Virus genome (UHGV): UHGV-1493261 | Direction: 5' to 3' (one strand) | Length of the DNA stretch: 64,000 nucleotides | DNA from: a virus | Shown here: positions 53,122 to 62,823 of the stretch, in pieces | How the letters are laid out: every line of letters starts with the position of its first letter | Position numbering within the stretch: the first letter of the stretch is position 1 | Position numbers and translations under genes: made by a program | The notes under the pieces: model-generated | The model's input: the letters and a program-made list of their open reading frames with translations, nothing else | Database searches by the model: none | What the model was told of the DNA's origin: nothing

Positions 53122-53157
53122 GGGCGGCTTATCATAAAGCTGCCCTTTCATTTGAGT
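53122..53157 (+). promoter_or_regulatory. Cassette: GC hairpin (GGGCGGCTT..AAGCTGCCC), CATTTGAG
   Basis: Same architecture as the cassettes at 36961, 42116, 49197 and 49755. Confidence 0.3.
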
Positions 53158-53166
53158 GACTATATC

Positions 53167-53829
53167 ATGGAAAAACTTTATTCTATTATCGTCGGTCCTG
53201 ATCCTGACGGATTATTCTTCGCCCCGTTGTCTTATATTGCCCACGCCCGTATCGGCAGCCATTACGCATATTGCACACGTGGCCACGACGGTTCCAATAT
53301 CCTCCATTATAGCCGCCTGAACGATTTCCTGGCACTTCAACCAGAAGATGTTGTGCTGGCGCGTCGCGTGTTCATCGACTTCAACGCTATGCACAACAAC
53401 GAAATTGACGCTCGCTATCATGCCATGCGTTCTATGGAAGGGGGAGACTGCATTTATCGTATCGACCATTTTAGTGAGTTTACCCAATCTATTGATTGGT
53501 TCGTTTCAGAAAAGACGTTGGGTGAAAGAATCGTCACAACTCCGTGGGCACATGCGGAACAACTTCGTGTGTCTACCGATGCGTACAAAGAAGTCGACAA
53601 TCTGTGCAACAAGTTCCGCATCTCTGTGACCTGTAATCAAGACCCGGGCGAAGAGATACAATGGACAGCCGAGTCTCCTCATTTCAGTGGCCTGGTGATG
53701 ACGGCCGAAACCCGTTCCCGTGCTGTTGTCCAGTTAGTACTCTGGGCGTTCTACCAGCGCACCCCGTTCTCATACATGGGACAGAAAGAGATTGATGAAC
53801 TCCTGAAGTCTCACGCGGTGGAGGTGTGA
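53167..53829 (+). CDS. Hypothetical protein (220 aa)
   Basis: ATG in a ctatatcATG leader. Confidence 0.55.
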   Translation: MEKLYSIIVGPDPDGLFFAPLSYIAHARIGSHYAYCTRGHDGSNILHYSRLNDFLALQPEDVVLARRVFIDFNAMHNNEIDARYHAMRSMEGGDCIYRIDHFSEFTQSIDWFVSEKTLGERIVTTPWAHAEQLRVSTDAYKEVDNLCNKFRISVTCNQDPGEEIQWTAESPHFSGLVMTAETRSRAVVQLVLWAFYQRTPFSYMGQKEIDELLKSHAVEV

Positions 53830-53830
53830 T

Positions 53831-54268
53831 ATGGCTGGCGTATGGTGTGATGTCTTGCTGGTTCGTTACAGCGTAAATGGGAGCACGCAAGTGTGTTCTG
53901 CTTTCTATCCGGTCCCGTTCTCTTCCGGTGGCCTGACGGTTCAGCGAGTTCTTGATATTGAGGCAGATCTGAACACGAAGCCATATATCGGTGATACACA
54001 AGTGTTGGGATACGATCTTCTGAACGAAATGTTGATCGATGAAGATCGTGTAGAAACCATTGTTAGCCGTCAAGAAATGGAGGTCTTGATGAAACCGGAA
54101 GGCACCGAAAAGACTGAAGTTCAAACGATGTCTGTGCCTGTCGCGCCAACACAGGAACGCCTTGATGCCATTGCTGGATTATTCACGTATGGATTTTGTG
54201 ATGATCGCATGGCTCGTGGTATCTATGCCGCCGCACTGGGCGTTGAGAAACAAACGGAGCAAATATGA
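53831..54268 (+). CDS. Hypothetical protein (145 aa)
   Basis: Tightly packed after the upstream stop. Confidence 0.5.
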   Translation: MAGVWCDVLLVRYSVNGSTQVCSAFYPVPFSSGGLTVQRVLDIEADLNTKPYIGDTQVLGYDLLNEMLIDEDRVETIVSRQEMEVLMKPEGTEKTEVQTMSVPVAPTQERLDAIAGLFTYGFCDDRMARGIYAAALGVEKQTEQI

Positions 54269-54534
54269 GCACAAAGACTGTAATCGTGTGGGGAGTCGGT
54301 ATGGGGCGTTGTTGTCCTCACAAGACGATCACATTCACACAGGATGACCGTGTAGAAATCTCTCGCATCGAGACAGCCGAAGCACCTGTTGGGGATTCAA
54401 TGATCAGAACTCCGGTGTCCCGTGTGCAGGTATTGCGCCCAGTAGTTGAGGTCATTTGCGAAGATTGCGGACAGCGCGGCACCATGATGTTGGAAGAGAA
54501 TTCTGATGAAGAAATCGTGGTGAAAGGCTATTAA
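54265..54534 (+). CDS. Small Cys-containing protein (89 aa)
   Basis: RCCPH .. CEDC; ATGA overlap with the upstream gene. Confidence 0.4.
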   Translation: MSTKTVIVWGVGMGRCCPHKTITFTQDDRVEISRIETAEAPVGDSMIRTPVSRVQVLRPVVEVICEDCGQRGTMMLEENSDEEIVVKGY

Positions 54535-54624
54535 TTCCGCTTTATTCAATATGTTTTGTTAGTTAAACTGTAGTCCTCTTGTAGTGAACATGAAAGTAAA
54601 CATTAACCCAACGGAGAAATCCAG

Positions 54625-54903
54625 ATGAATCGTACTGAATTTGTTGCCCACATTGCTTCGACCCAGAATATCACCAAAGGCGAAGCGGAGAAAGTGGTGG
54701 CATCCTTTATCGACGGTGTTAAAACTGCAGTTGCTGCAGGCGCATCTGTACAGCTGGTCGGCTTCGGTGCGTTCGAAGTGAAACACCAAGAAGCGCGTGA
54801 AGGTCGCAACCCTCTGAACGGCCAGACCATTCAGATCGCGGCGAAAAACGTTGTGAAATTCAAAGTGGGCGAAGGTCTGAAGAACGCTGCCAACGGCAAG
54901 TAA
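54625..54903 (+). CDS. HU/IHF-family DNA-binding protein
   Basis: GFGAFEVKHQEAREGRNPLNGQTIQIAAKNVVKFKVGEGLK matches the HU beta-arm signature. Confidence 0.85.
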   Translation: MNRTEFVAHIASTQNITKGEAEKVVASFIDGVKTAVAAGASVQLVGFGAFEVKHQEAREGRNPLNGQTIQIAAKNVVKFKVGEGLKNAANGK

Positions 54904-54954
54904 TTCTATCTGACGCGCGGCCAGGCTCTGCAATCAGGGCATGGCAAAAGAGAA

Positions 54955-54983
54955 AGCCGGAGTACAATGCTCCGGCTTTTTCG
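54955..54983 (+). terminator. Rho-independent terminator
   Basis: AGCCGGAG-tacaatg-CTCCGGCT followed by TTTTT. Confidence 0.65.
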
Positions 54984-55031
54984 TTCTTGGGGATCGGGTA
55001 AACTATAGGCAAATCCCATAGGAGGAAGAAA

Positions 55032-56750
55032 GTGACAGCATTCAACCAATATACCAAGGCGCTTGACGGCGTCGGACCAGTCAGCATAGACCGCATCAAG
55101 TCTCTTGCCACTGAGTTCTTCCCGTATGACACCGCCAACCCCGGCCAGATGGAATGCATCGTTGAAGCCATTGATGCCCTTGTGAATAAGAAATTCAAAC
55201 ACGTGATCATCGAGGCTCCGACTGGTGTAGGTAAATCCCTCATCGGCACTACCATCCATAACGTGCTTCGCCATTTGGTTCTTGAGCACAACCCGTATGG
55301 TCAGTTCCGCACGTCTATCACGACGCCGACCAAAGGTTTACAGGATCAGTATGCAGCAGAGAAAGCCGTGGCGATAGACATCCTGAAGGGCAAGAAGAAC
55401 TACCGTTGCCACATCAGTCCCGACCTATACTACAACGCCATTCAGTGCCGTATGGCATGCCGTGATGGCCACTGTAGTAAGAATCGTTGCCCATATGTTC
55501 AGGCGCGTCGACAGTGGACCGACGTCTCCTCCTTGCGCTGCACCAACGCCGCCATGATGGTGGAGATGTGCACGACGATCTGTATGAAGCCGGAAAACCG
55601 CGCCGATATGCTGATCCTTGACGAGTGTCATAAGATGCCCTCTACGCTCCTAGAGCATACTATCATGGAATACAACACAAAGGCTGTGGAAGGGCTGCTT
55701 ACGATCCCCGAGGGAGTGCCTATCGTGGAGACCATCAAGGATATCATCATCCGCACAGAGAACTATGAATTGGGCAAGCTGTATTCCCTGTCTGGTGAGA
55801 TGCATGCGATATTTGATGAACTGCACGGCAAGGTTGAAGCCCTGTTGGAAACTCTTGAGGAACTGGTAGAGGACGAGCGCCTGACTGAAGCCCAGGTGAT
55901 GAAGCTGTCTGATATTATTGATACTCTTCACAACCTCAGCGACTACTGTGGTATCATGGGGCAGACCAACGCCAGCACTTTCATCGTACAGGAGAAGGAC
56001 AAGGGTATGATTCAGTTCAAGCCTGTCATCGCCTCTGATGTATCCCAGTTCGGTCTGTTCCGCAAGGGTGACTACCACGTCCACATGTCGGCGACCATTT
56101 GTGGGATTGACTCGTACGCCCGGTCACTGGGTATCCGTGAGGGTGAGTACCACAAGATACAGATCGGCAACCCTATCCCGATTGAGAACCGGAAAGTCAA
56201 CTACATGCCCATCATGAAGATGACGGCGAACATGGGTGACTACGAGATGAAGAAGCTGGCTGAATACGTGGATGAGATTATCGCGTTCCACCCTGGACAG
56301 TCTGGCATCATTCACACAGTCAGTTATGACCGCGCCCTGGCTCTACAGAAGTTCAGTAAGTACCGGAATATGATTCACGTTCCTCGTACTCGTAAGGCTC
56401 TGATGGACATCATGGAACACGCGTTCAGGACGAAGACGCCTTGTGTCATCGCCAGTCCGGCCATGGAAGAGGGGTATGACTTCAAAGGCGATTATAGTCG
56501 ATTTCAGATCTTGATCAAGGTGCCATACGATTACCTTGGTGATCCTCTGGTGGCCCACGTCAACAGTGTGGACCCATCGGCGTACTTCAGGATGGCGGTA
56601 CTGCGTATCGTTCAGATGTGTGGGCGTTCTGTCAGGGGCGTGAATGACTGGGCTGCGACATACATCCTTGATTCTTCTTTTGAATCACTGATGATGCGCA
56701 ACCCAGAGTTCTTCCCCGCTTGGTTCACTGATGCCGTGTTTGAGGTTTAG
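55032..56750 (+). CDS. DinG/XPD-family (Rad3-like) Fe-S helicase
   Basis: GTG start with GGAGGAAG Shine-Dalgarno; APTGVGKS Walker A, LILDECHK DEAH-like box, four-Cys cluster CHISPDLYYNAIQCRMACRDGHCSKNRC. Confidence 0.8.
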   Translation: MTAFNQYTKALDGVGPVSIDRIKSLATEFFPYDTANPGQMECIVEAIDALVNKKFKHVIIEAPTGVGKSLIGTTIHNVLRHLVLEHNPYGQFRTSITTPTKGLQDQYAAEKAVAIDILKGKKNYRCHISPDLYYNAIQCRMACRDGHCSKNRCPYVQARRQWTDVSSLRCTNAAMMVEMCTTICMKPENRADMLILDECHKMPSTLLEHTIMEYNTKAVEGLLTIPEGVPIVETIKDIIIRTENYELGKLYSLSGEMHAIFDELHGKVEALLETLEELVEDERLTEAQVMKLSDIIDTLHNLSDYCGIMGQTNASTFIVQEKDKGMIQFKPVIASDVSQFGLFRKGDYHVHMSATICGIDSYARSLGIREGEYHKIQIGNPIPIENRKVNYMPIMKMTANMGDYEMKKLAEYVDEIIAFHPGQSGIIHTVSYDRALALQKFSKYRNMIHVPRTRKALMDIMEHAFRTKTPCVIASPAMEEGYDFKGDYSRFQILIKVPYDYLGDPLVAHVNSVDPSAYFRMAVLRIVQMCGRSVRGVNDWAATYILDSSFESLMMRNPEFFPAWFTDAVFEV

Positions 56751-57514
56751 TAACCCGCAACGAAGGACAGATGGCACTTGACATTCGGTTCCAACGACGT
56801 CACAGAAACCGTCATATTGTCCGTATCTTGGCTGAAGTCAATGGTGGCGAGAGGTTTGGTCTGAATATGGTTATAGACACTGTAGATCAGATCCTCGCCA
56901 CGATACCCTACCTTCCCATCGGTGTCTTGCCAATGACCCAGTGTCTCATCGTAGACATGCACTCTGAACTCGATCATATGGAAGAGTGCCTTGGGGATGT
57001 CCTTGAGTACGCTGGTGCCAACCACGGGAATCTCTATACTGGAATCATTGGAGTTCCCTTCATAGACCGAAGCCCATGCAAAGGTAGGATCACCCCCAGC
57101 AACAGGGGTTCGCTTCCAGTATTGGAATTCTGGGTTGCCCGAAGCGTTCTTCTGAAGTAGAATGACCTCACCACCTTTGAAGTTCGAGGTATCGATGTCG
57201 CCTCGCTGAAGTTCATCTGCTGGAGATCCAATAAATTTCCAACCTTCGCGATCCAGTAAAGACTTATAATAGTCGGTGAACACGTTGCTGTCTTCTGCAT
57301 CGTTGATGGCATCTTTGAGACCTTGGCCTGTCACCATCTCGTTGAGCTTCAACCACATGTTCTTGACAGCAGACGCTGCTGCGACTTGTCCAGCAGTCCC
57401 ACCTGCAGCATAATCATAGATGATATCTTCTGACTTGATAGCATCATAGATAGAGAGGAGCAATTGCTCAATCTGCGGGGCGGTGAGACTGAAACGATAT
57501 GCGCGGGGTGCCAT
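56747..57514 (-). CDS. Hypothetical protein (255 aa); start uncertain
   Basis: ATG at 57514 with AGAGGAA Shine-Dalgarno; track ORF extends to 57673 but would overlap the divergent RNase H gene. Confidence 0.5.
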   Translation of the reverse strand: MAPRAYRFSLTAPQIEQLLLSIYDAIKSEDIIYDYAAGGTAGQVAAASAVKNMWLKLNEMVTGQGLKDAINDAEDSNVFTDYYKSLLDREGWKFIGSPADELQRGDIDTSNFKGGEVILLQKNASGNPEFQYWKRTPVAGGDPTFAWASVYEGNSNDSSIEIPVVGTSVLKDIPKALFHMIEFRVHVYDETLGHWQDTDGKVGYRGEDLIYSVYNHIQTKPLATIDFSQDTDNMTVSVTSLEPNVKCHLSFVAGY

Positions 57515-57559
57515 AGTTTCATTCCTCTTTCTATAAAACCAGTTTGGGATATTTATATC

Positions 57560-58087
57560 ATGATAGAAATTTATTCTGACGGGGGTTCTAACCCGAAGAC
57601 CAACCAGGCCGCAGGCTGGGCATTTGTCATCAGGCCAATAACGGGTATGCAATGGAAGGTGTTCTTCGGCCATCTACCTCCCCCGTCCACCAACAATATC
57701 GCCGAGTTGTTGGGCGTGACCAACGCATTGAAGCTACTGTGGGCATTCTCAGGAAAGGGTGAGCGCAGAATACCAAAGGCAACAATTTGGTCTGACAGCC
57801 AATACACCATCAAGAGTGTCACCGAATGGCGAACGAAGTGGGAGTATCAGGGGTTCCCAGAAAAGAACGTTGAACTCATCAAAGATCTGTTCAGAATCTA
57901 TGATCTCGTTTGTTCAATCTGTGAAGTTGAACTAAAATGGGTTAAGGGTCATGCGGGGCACGAAGGCAACGAACTTGCCGATGACTGGGCCACAGCAGCC
58001 AAAAACGACAGCAACTTCCTGATTGAGAATGACAATATCTCGGTGAAGAAGGTTGTTGGATCTTTTGATGAATTTATCGGTATCTGA
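57560..58087 (+). CDS. rnhA: Ribonuclease HI (bacterial-type RNase H)
   Basis: IYSDGGSNPKTNQAAGWAFVI, NNIAELLGVTNALK, IWSDSQYTI and KGHAGHEGNELADDWA match the RNase HI DEDD fold. Confidence 0.85.
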   Translation: MIEIYSDGGSNPKTNQAAGWAFVIRPITGMQWKVFFGHLPPPSTNNIAELLGVTNALKLLWAFSGKGERRIPKATIWSDSQYTIKSVTEWRTKWEYQGFPEKNVELIKDLFRIYDLVCSICEVELKWVKGHAGHEGNELADDWATAAKNDSNFLIENDNISVKKVVGSFDEFIGI

Positions 58088-58098
58088 GGGCTATCATA

Positions 58099-58890
58099 AT
58101 GGGAATGAACTTCGTGGACAGAGGGGAGAATGTCGTCAAATATTTCACAGACGAAGATAACGAGCGTGTCATCAGCATCCTGCGTGATTGGATCCCTGCT
58201 CGTAAGAAGGCTCTGGCTGAAGGCACCAGGCTTCCAAAGATCCCCAACTATGTTGCTCTACAGGTCCAGCGCATCATCACCAAGATGAGCACCCGCTACA
58301 ACTATCGCGACTATCCCTTCCGTGAAGACATGGTCTCTGAAGCAATAGTCAACATATTGCGCTACCTCCACACATTTGACGTCGAACACATTGGAAAGAA
58401 AGGGAAGATCAACTTCTTCTCTTGGGTGACCATGTGTGCTGATCGATCATTTGCTCGTAAACTGAACATCGAAGAAGAGCACACGTACATTAAATTGCGC
58501 TCATTTGAAGAGGCGGGTGGGTTCGCAGGCCTGGCAGACGACCCCGACTTCCAACAAGAGATCTTTGTTGACGCGACAGGGATTGGTATGGACTTCCGTG
58601 AGCGTATCGGCAACTTTGAGAACAAAAAGGACGCTCAAAGACAGAAGGAGCGAGAGAAGGTGGAGGCAGCTCGTCTCGCAGAATCGAATAAAAAGATTGC
58701 GAAAGGCATACTTCAATACATGGCGCAGGCTAAGAATACGGTAACAGCGCAGGCCGAAGACAATTCAGATCAGGACTTTGGCAAAACCCAATTCAATCTG
58801 GAAGATGATATCTGTGCGATGGAACCAGATTGGGAAGCCCTCAAACAAAGATTAGAAGAACGGGAGAAAAAGAATAATGGCGATTGCTAA
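58099..58890 (+). CDS. Late-transcription sigma factor (gp55-like), tentative
   Basis: Directly upstream of gp47/gp46 as in T4; FFSWVTMCADRSFARKLNIEEE resembles T4 gp55 ITQACFNAFVQRIKKERKE. Longer than T4 gp55 (263 vs 185 aa). Confidence 0.5.
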   Translation: MGMNFVDRGENVVKYFTDEDNERVISILRDWIPARKKALAEGTRLPKIPNYVALQVQRIITKMSTRYNYRDYPFREDMVSEAIVNILRYLHTFDVEHIGKKGKINFFSWVTMCADRSFARKLNIEEEHTYIKLRSFEEAGGFAGLADDPDFQQEIFVDATGIGMDFRERIGNFENKKDAQRQKEREKVEAARLAESNKKIAKGILQYMAQAKNTVTAQAEDNSDQDFGKTQFNLEDDICAMEPDWEALKQRLEEREKKNNGDC

Positions 58891-59992
58891 AATCGGCGAT
58901 CTGCATATCGGGAGCCGTAATGGTTCCCGTTACGTTCGCGACTTCATCAAGAACTACCTCATCAATTATTTCATCCCTGAACTTGCCGACTCTGATATCA
59001 AAGAGGTCTGGCAGTTCGGTGATACGTTTGATGTCCGCAAATTCATGTACGGTCGTGACAAAGACTGGCTGAAGGATGAACTCACCCCTGCGTTGAAAGC
59101 GGCTGGTATCAAGTGGAATGGCATCGTGGGCAACCATGACATCACCCTGGAAGAGTCCAACCGCATCAACTGGCCATCCTACCTGAACGAACTCGACCCG
59201 GATGTGTACTGCTATTACAGCGAACCGACCGAAGTGATGATCGAGGGTGTCAAGACTCTGCTGCTGCCTTGGATCAACAAGGAGAACTATGATGCGTCTA
59301 TTAAAGCGATACAGGATACAGACGCCGAGTACTGTTTTGCGCATCTGGAGCTGGCGGGGTTCAAAATGTACCAGTCTTCTACTTGTGATCACGGTCAGAT
59401 CGACGTTGCGCTGCTTTCCAAGTTTACCAGGGTCGACACGGGGCATTTCCATACCCGTTCGATGGAAGGTAACATTCAATATATTGGGACTCCGTATCAC
59501 CTGAACTGGGAAGACTACAAAGACGGGACCAATCGTGGCTTCTATGTAGACGACATGCGTGGTGGTGAGATCTTTATCCCGAACGCCGAGCACCAGACGC
59601 TGTTCCGCTATGTGGAATATGATTACACCAAGTTGTCCTCTGATGAAGAAGGTAATTGGATCGACCCGGAATGGTTGAACACAGGCTTGGGTATTGAAGG
59701 GCAAATCGTTAAGGTTATTGTACAGAACCGTGACAATGCTAAGCATTATGAAAAGTTCTGTGATGCCATGAAGCGATGCAAGTGTATTGACTACAACTTC
59801 ATCGACCGGACGATTACTGTTGCTGCCGAGAAGGTTGAGGTCACCGAAGAGATGGTGGCGACCGATGCGGTGGAAGTCCTGAAGAAGGATATCCGCGCCG
59901 GGAACAACATTCAGCGCCCCGACAACGTCTGTAAACTGGCAGAGCACTTCTATAATGCTGCCCAACAACGCCTGAACAAACTGGATGCATAA
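58877..59992 (+). CDS. gp47: Mre11/SbcD-like recombination nuclease subunit (gp47-like)
   Basis: GDLHIG and GNHD calcineurin-like phosphoesterase motifs; GGGAGAA Shine-Dalgarno. Confidence 0.85.
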   Translation: MAIAKIGDLHIGSRNGSRYVRDFIKNYLINYFIPELADSDIKEVWQFGDTFDVRKFMYGRDKDWLKDELTPALKAAGIKWNGIVGNHDITLEESNRINWPSYLNELDPDVYCYYSEPTEVMIEGVKTLLLPWINKENYDASIKAIQDTDAEYCFAHLELAGFKMYQSSTCDHGQIDVALLSKFTRVDTGHFHTRSMEGNIQYIGTPYHLNWEDYKDGTNRGFYVDDMRGGEIFIPNAEHQTLFRYVEYDYTKLSSDEEGNWIDPEWLNTGLGIEGQIVKVIVQNRDNAKHYEKFCDAMKRCKCIDYNFIDRTITVAAEKVEVTEEMVATDAVEVLKKDIRAGNNIQRPDNVCKLAEHFYNAAQQRLNKLDA

Positions 59993-59993
59993 C

Positions 59994-62330
59994 ATGACTC
60001 AGAGCACAGATATCTTGACCAAATTTGGTAATCTTTTGAAGGAAGCCGACGCCCCGGTCGAGGTTGAAGTCCCATTTGAAGTGCGTAACGTTGTTACACA
60101 CAAACTGACCTTCCGCAAAGGCCGCGCCAAGAACTTCCGCTCCATCGGCAATCAGTTCATGGAGATTGATTATCAGCGCAACCCGGCCACCCTTGTCACT
60201 TCTGATGACAACGGCGCGGGTAAATCCACTATGCTGGTATGGCTGCTGTTTTTCGTACTGTACAACGACACGTACAGTAAGAAGGAGAAGAAGGCAGGCC
60301 TGGTTAACTCACAAAGCCGCAAGGAATGTGTGGGTGAGGTGGAGTTTGCCTGCCGTGGTAGCGAATGGAAGGTTCGCCGTGGCATTAAACCTGACTTTGT
60401 TGAAGTCTACCAGATGGTGGACGGCAAGTGGTTGAAGATCGATAACGAAGCAGCCAAGGCCGACATGAACAAGTACATCGTGAACCTCATCGGTGTAGAC
60501 CAGAAGATGTTTGAGAACTCTCTGGTGCTGGGTAAAGAGAAGTTCATTCCGTTTACGGAGATGTACACTGCCGACCGTCGCGCCATGGTGGAGACAATTT
60601 GGGACTTGGGCTTCTTCAGCCTGATGAACGAAGATGTCAAGGCCGCCATCAAAAAGGCAAATGCAACGCTGGACTCCATATCTAACGAATGCGCACTGAA
60701 GGTTATTGACCACACCAACAAGAAGACGCAGCTTCAGCAGATCGAGCAATCCAACGCCCTGATCCAACAGCAGTCGGCCGATATCCTTGTACAGCAACAG
60801 GAAGCCCTGAATTCCCTGGATGCTGACATCGCTTCCCAGAACGAAGAGCGCACCCGCCTCACTGCGGTTGAGTTAGAAGCCACCCAGGAAATGAAGACGG
60901 TAGAAAACCGCCTGCATGATGAATCCATGGTGGAGATCGAGGCTGTCAAGAAAGACTTTGATACCAAGATCCAGGCGGTGAAGGACGCCGCGCAGGACAA
61001 GGCTGACGATTATGAGCGCATCGAAGTGTCTACTGCGGAGCATGATCTTCAGGTCTTGCGTGACCGCGCCTTTACAGTGGCCGAACGCAAGAACACCCTG
61101 CTGACCGAGCGCAACACAAACCTGGACGCTCTGAACGCTGCTATTCAGCGCCGCCAGCAGGGTGAGAACTTCCGCATCAAGTTCCAGACCGAAATGGATG
61201 GCCACCAGTCGGCCATCAAGCGCTTCCACGACATGGGGACTTGCCCAACATGTACCCAACTGGTGTCTGATGACACCAAGGCGCGGATTGAGAGTGAGTA
61301 CAATCCTCAGATCCAGGAACTACAGTCGAAGTTAGATCAACTGGACAAAGTTACCGCCGATATCAATGTCCTGATCGATGACCACAAAGCCCAGGACGAC
61401 AAGTTGGTTGCTGACATTGCTGTGTTGGATGCTGAACTGGATGCAATGCGCAAGCAGGCCGACGAAATCGTTGACAACATCAAGCAGCTGCGCCGTGATA
61501 TTCAAGGTTTTCATGATGCCGCCACGATTGAGTGTAATTCGCTGAACCGTGAATGCCAACAGAAGATCCTTGACATCCGTAAGGCACTGAACGTTCGTTT
61601 TGAAGACATCACTGCGTCACTACAACAAACGCGAGAGAATGCCGTCAGCGGGATTAAAGCCGTCGATGATAAGATCGCCGAGCTGAAAGCCCGTCGTGCT
61701 CCTCTCGTGGCGTCTATTGCCGATCTGGAGCGTAAACTGGCTGTACAGCCAACACCTACCACCGACCTAGAGAACTCTATCGCTGCGTTGGAGGGTGAAC
61801 TGGAGGATCTATACCAGCGCCGCGAGGATGCCGACCAGGAACTCCAGGACTTACAGCACCTGCTGTTCTTCTTGAAAGATGACCAGACCAAGGCGCGTAT
61901 CATCGCCCTGTATCTGCCATTCCTCAATAGCAAGATCAACGAGTATCTTGAAGCCCTCAACATGTTCTTGGACATCGTTGTTGACGATACCTTTGAGATC
62001 ACCATGAGCGCAGCAGGCCGCAAAGGACAGAGTATCTTCTCCCTGTCTACTGGTCAGCGCAGTCGTCTGAACCTGGCTGTGACATTAGCCCTGCGCGATG
62101 TGGCTAACCTCAAGGCGTCTGTACAATGTAACCTGTTCGTGCTGGACGAGATCCTTGAGAACATGAGCGAGCGCGGGGTGCAGGAATCGGTTGAGATGTT
62201 GAAGCATAAGTTCGGCGGGAACAACCTGTTTGTCATCAGCCAGCGTGAGCAGGAGTTCCAGGAATACTTCCAACACAATATTCGCTATGGCCTGCGCAAC
62301 GGCCTGACCGAAGTTATCAAGAAGGATTGA
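59994..62330 (+). CDS. gp46: Rad50/SbcC-like recombination ATPase (gp46-like)
   Basis: DDNGAGKST Walker A, long coiled coil with CPTC zinc hook, LSTGQRSRLNLA signature, LFVLDEIL Walker B. ATG at 59994 (track 59985). Confidence 0.85.
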   Translation: MTQSTDILTKFGNLLKEADAPVEVEVPFEVRNVVTHKLTFRKGRAKNFRSIGNQFMEIDYQRNPATLVTSDDNGAGKSTMLVWLLFFVLYNDTYSKKEKKAGLVNSQSRKECVGEVEFACRGSEWKVRRGIKPDFVEVYQMVDGKWLKIDNEAAKADMNKYIVNLIGVDQKMFENSLVLGKEKFIPFTEMYTADRRAMVETIWDLGFFSLMNEDVKAAIKKANATLDSISNECALKVIDHTNKKTQLQQIEQSNALIQQQSADILVQQQEALNSLDADIASQNEERTRLTAVELEATQEMKTVENRLHDESMVEIEAVKKDFDTKIQAVKDAAQDKADDYERIEVSTAEHDLQVLRDRAFTVAERKNTLLTERNTNLDALNAAIQRRQQGENFRIKFQTEMDGHQSAIKRFHDMGTCPTCTQLVSDDTKARIESEYNPQIQELQSKLDQLDKVTADINVLIDDHKAQDDKLVADIAVLDAELDAMRKQADEIVDNIKQLRRDIQGFHDAATIECNSLNRECQQKILDIRKALNVRFEDITASLQQTRENAVSGIKAVDDKIAELKARRAPLVASIADLERKLAVQPTPTTDLENSIAALEGELEDLYQRREDADQELQDLQHLLFFLKDDQTKARIIALYLPFLNSKINEYLEALNMFLDIVVDDTFEITMSAAGRKGQSIFSLSTGQRSRLNLAVTLALRDVANLKASVQCNLFVLDEILENMSERGVQESVEMLKHKFGGNNLFVISQREQEFQEYFQHNIRYGLRNGLTEVIKKD

Positions 62331-62332
62331 TC

Positions 62333-62497
62333 ATGAACTACGAACAAATTAAACTCGCAATCCTGGTCTTTGCATGCATCATTGACATCGTTGCGTTTTC
62401 TCGTGAAGTCGAAAGGAAAAACTACCTGAAAGCACTGGGGTATCTCGGGTTCTCTGTCTGGTTCTGTTATCTACTTGCAGGTCAAATCCTGAAATGA
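62333..62497 (+). CDS. Small membrane protein (54 aa)
   Basis: GAAGGA Shine-Dalgarno; hydrophobic helices; stop overlaps the next start; not in the ORF track. Confidence 0.4.
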   Translation: MNYEQIKLAILVFACIIDIVAFSREVERKNYLKALGYLGFSVWFCYLLAGQILK

Positions 62498-62823
62498 AAG
62501 TCGTCCACTTCAAGAAGGAGCCATATGACGTCTACATTGGTCGGCCTGGTAAATGGGGGAACCCGTTTGAGGTCAAAGACCATGGACGAGGCGTCTGTAT
62601 CGAACTGTTTGAGGACGACCTGTATGTGCGCCTGATTGAAGGGGATATCACTGAGGATGAACTCCTTGATCTTGACGGGAAGGTATTGGGGTGCTGGTGT
62701 AAGCCGCGCCCCTGTCACGGAGATGTTTACGTCAAAGTCATTGGTCGTATTAAACTATTCCGCAAGCTGGGTAAATCCTTTACCGAACACCTGAGACAAA
62801 CGTATGTCAGAAAACAAAGATGA
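62494..62823 (+). CDS. DUF4326-family protein
   Basis: GCWCKPRPCHGDV matches the DUF4326 signature. Confidence 0.6.
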   Translation: MKVVHFKKEPYDVYIGRPGKWGNPFEVKDHGRGVCIELFEDDLYVRLIEGDITEDELLDLDGKVLGCWCKPRPCHGDVYVKVIGRIKLFRKLGKSFTEHLRQTYVRKQR

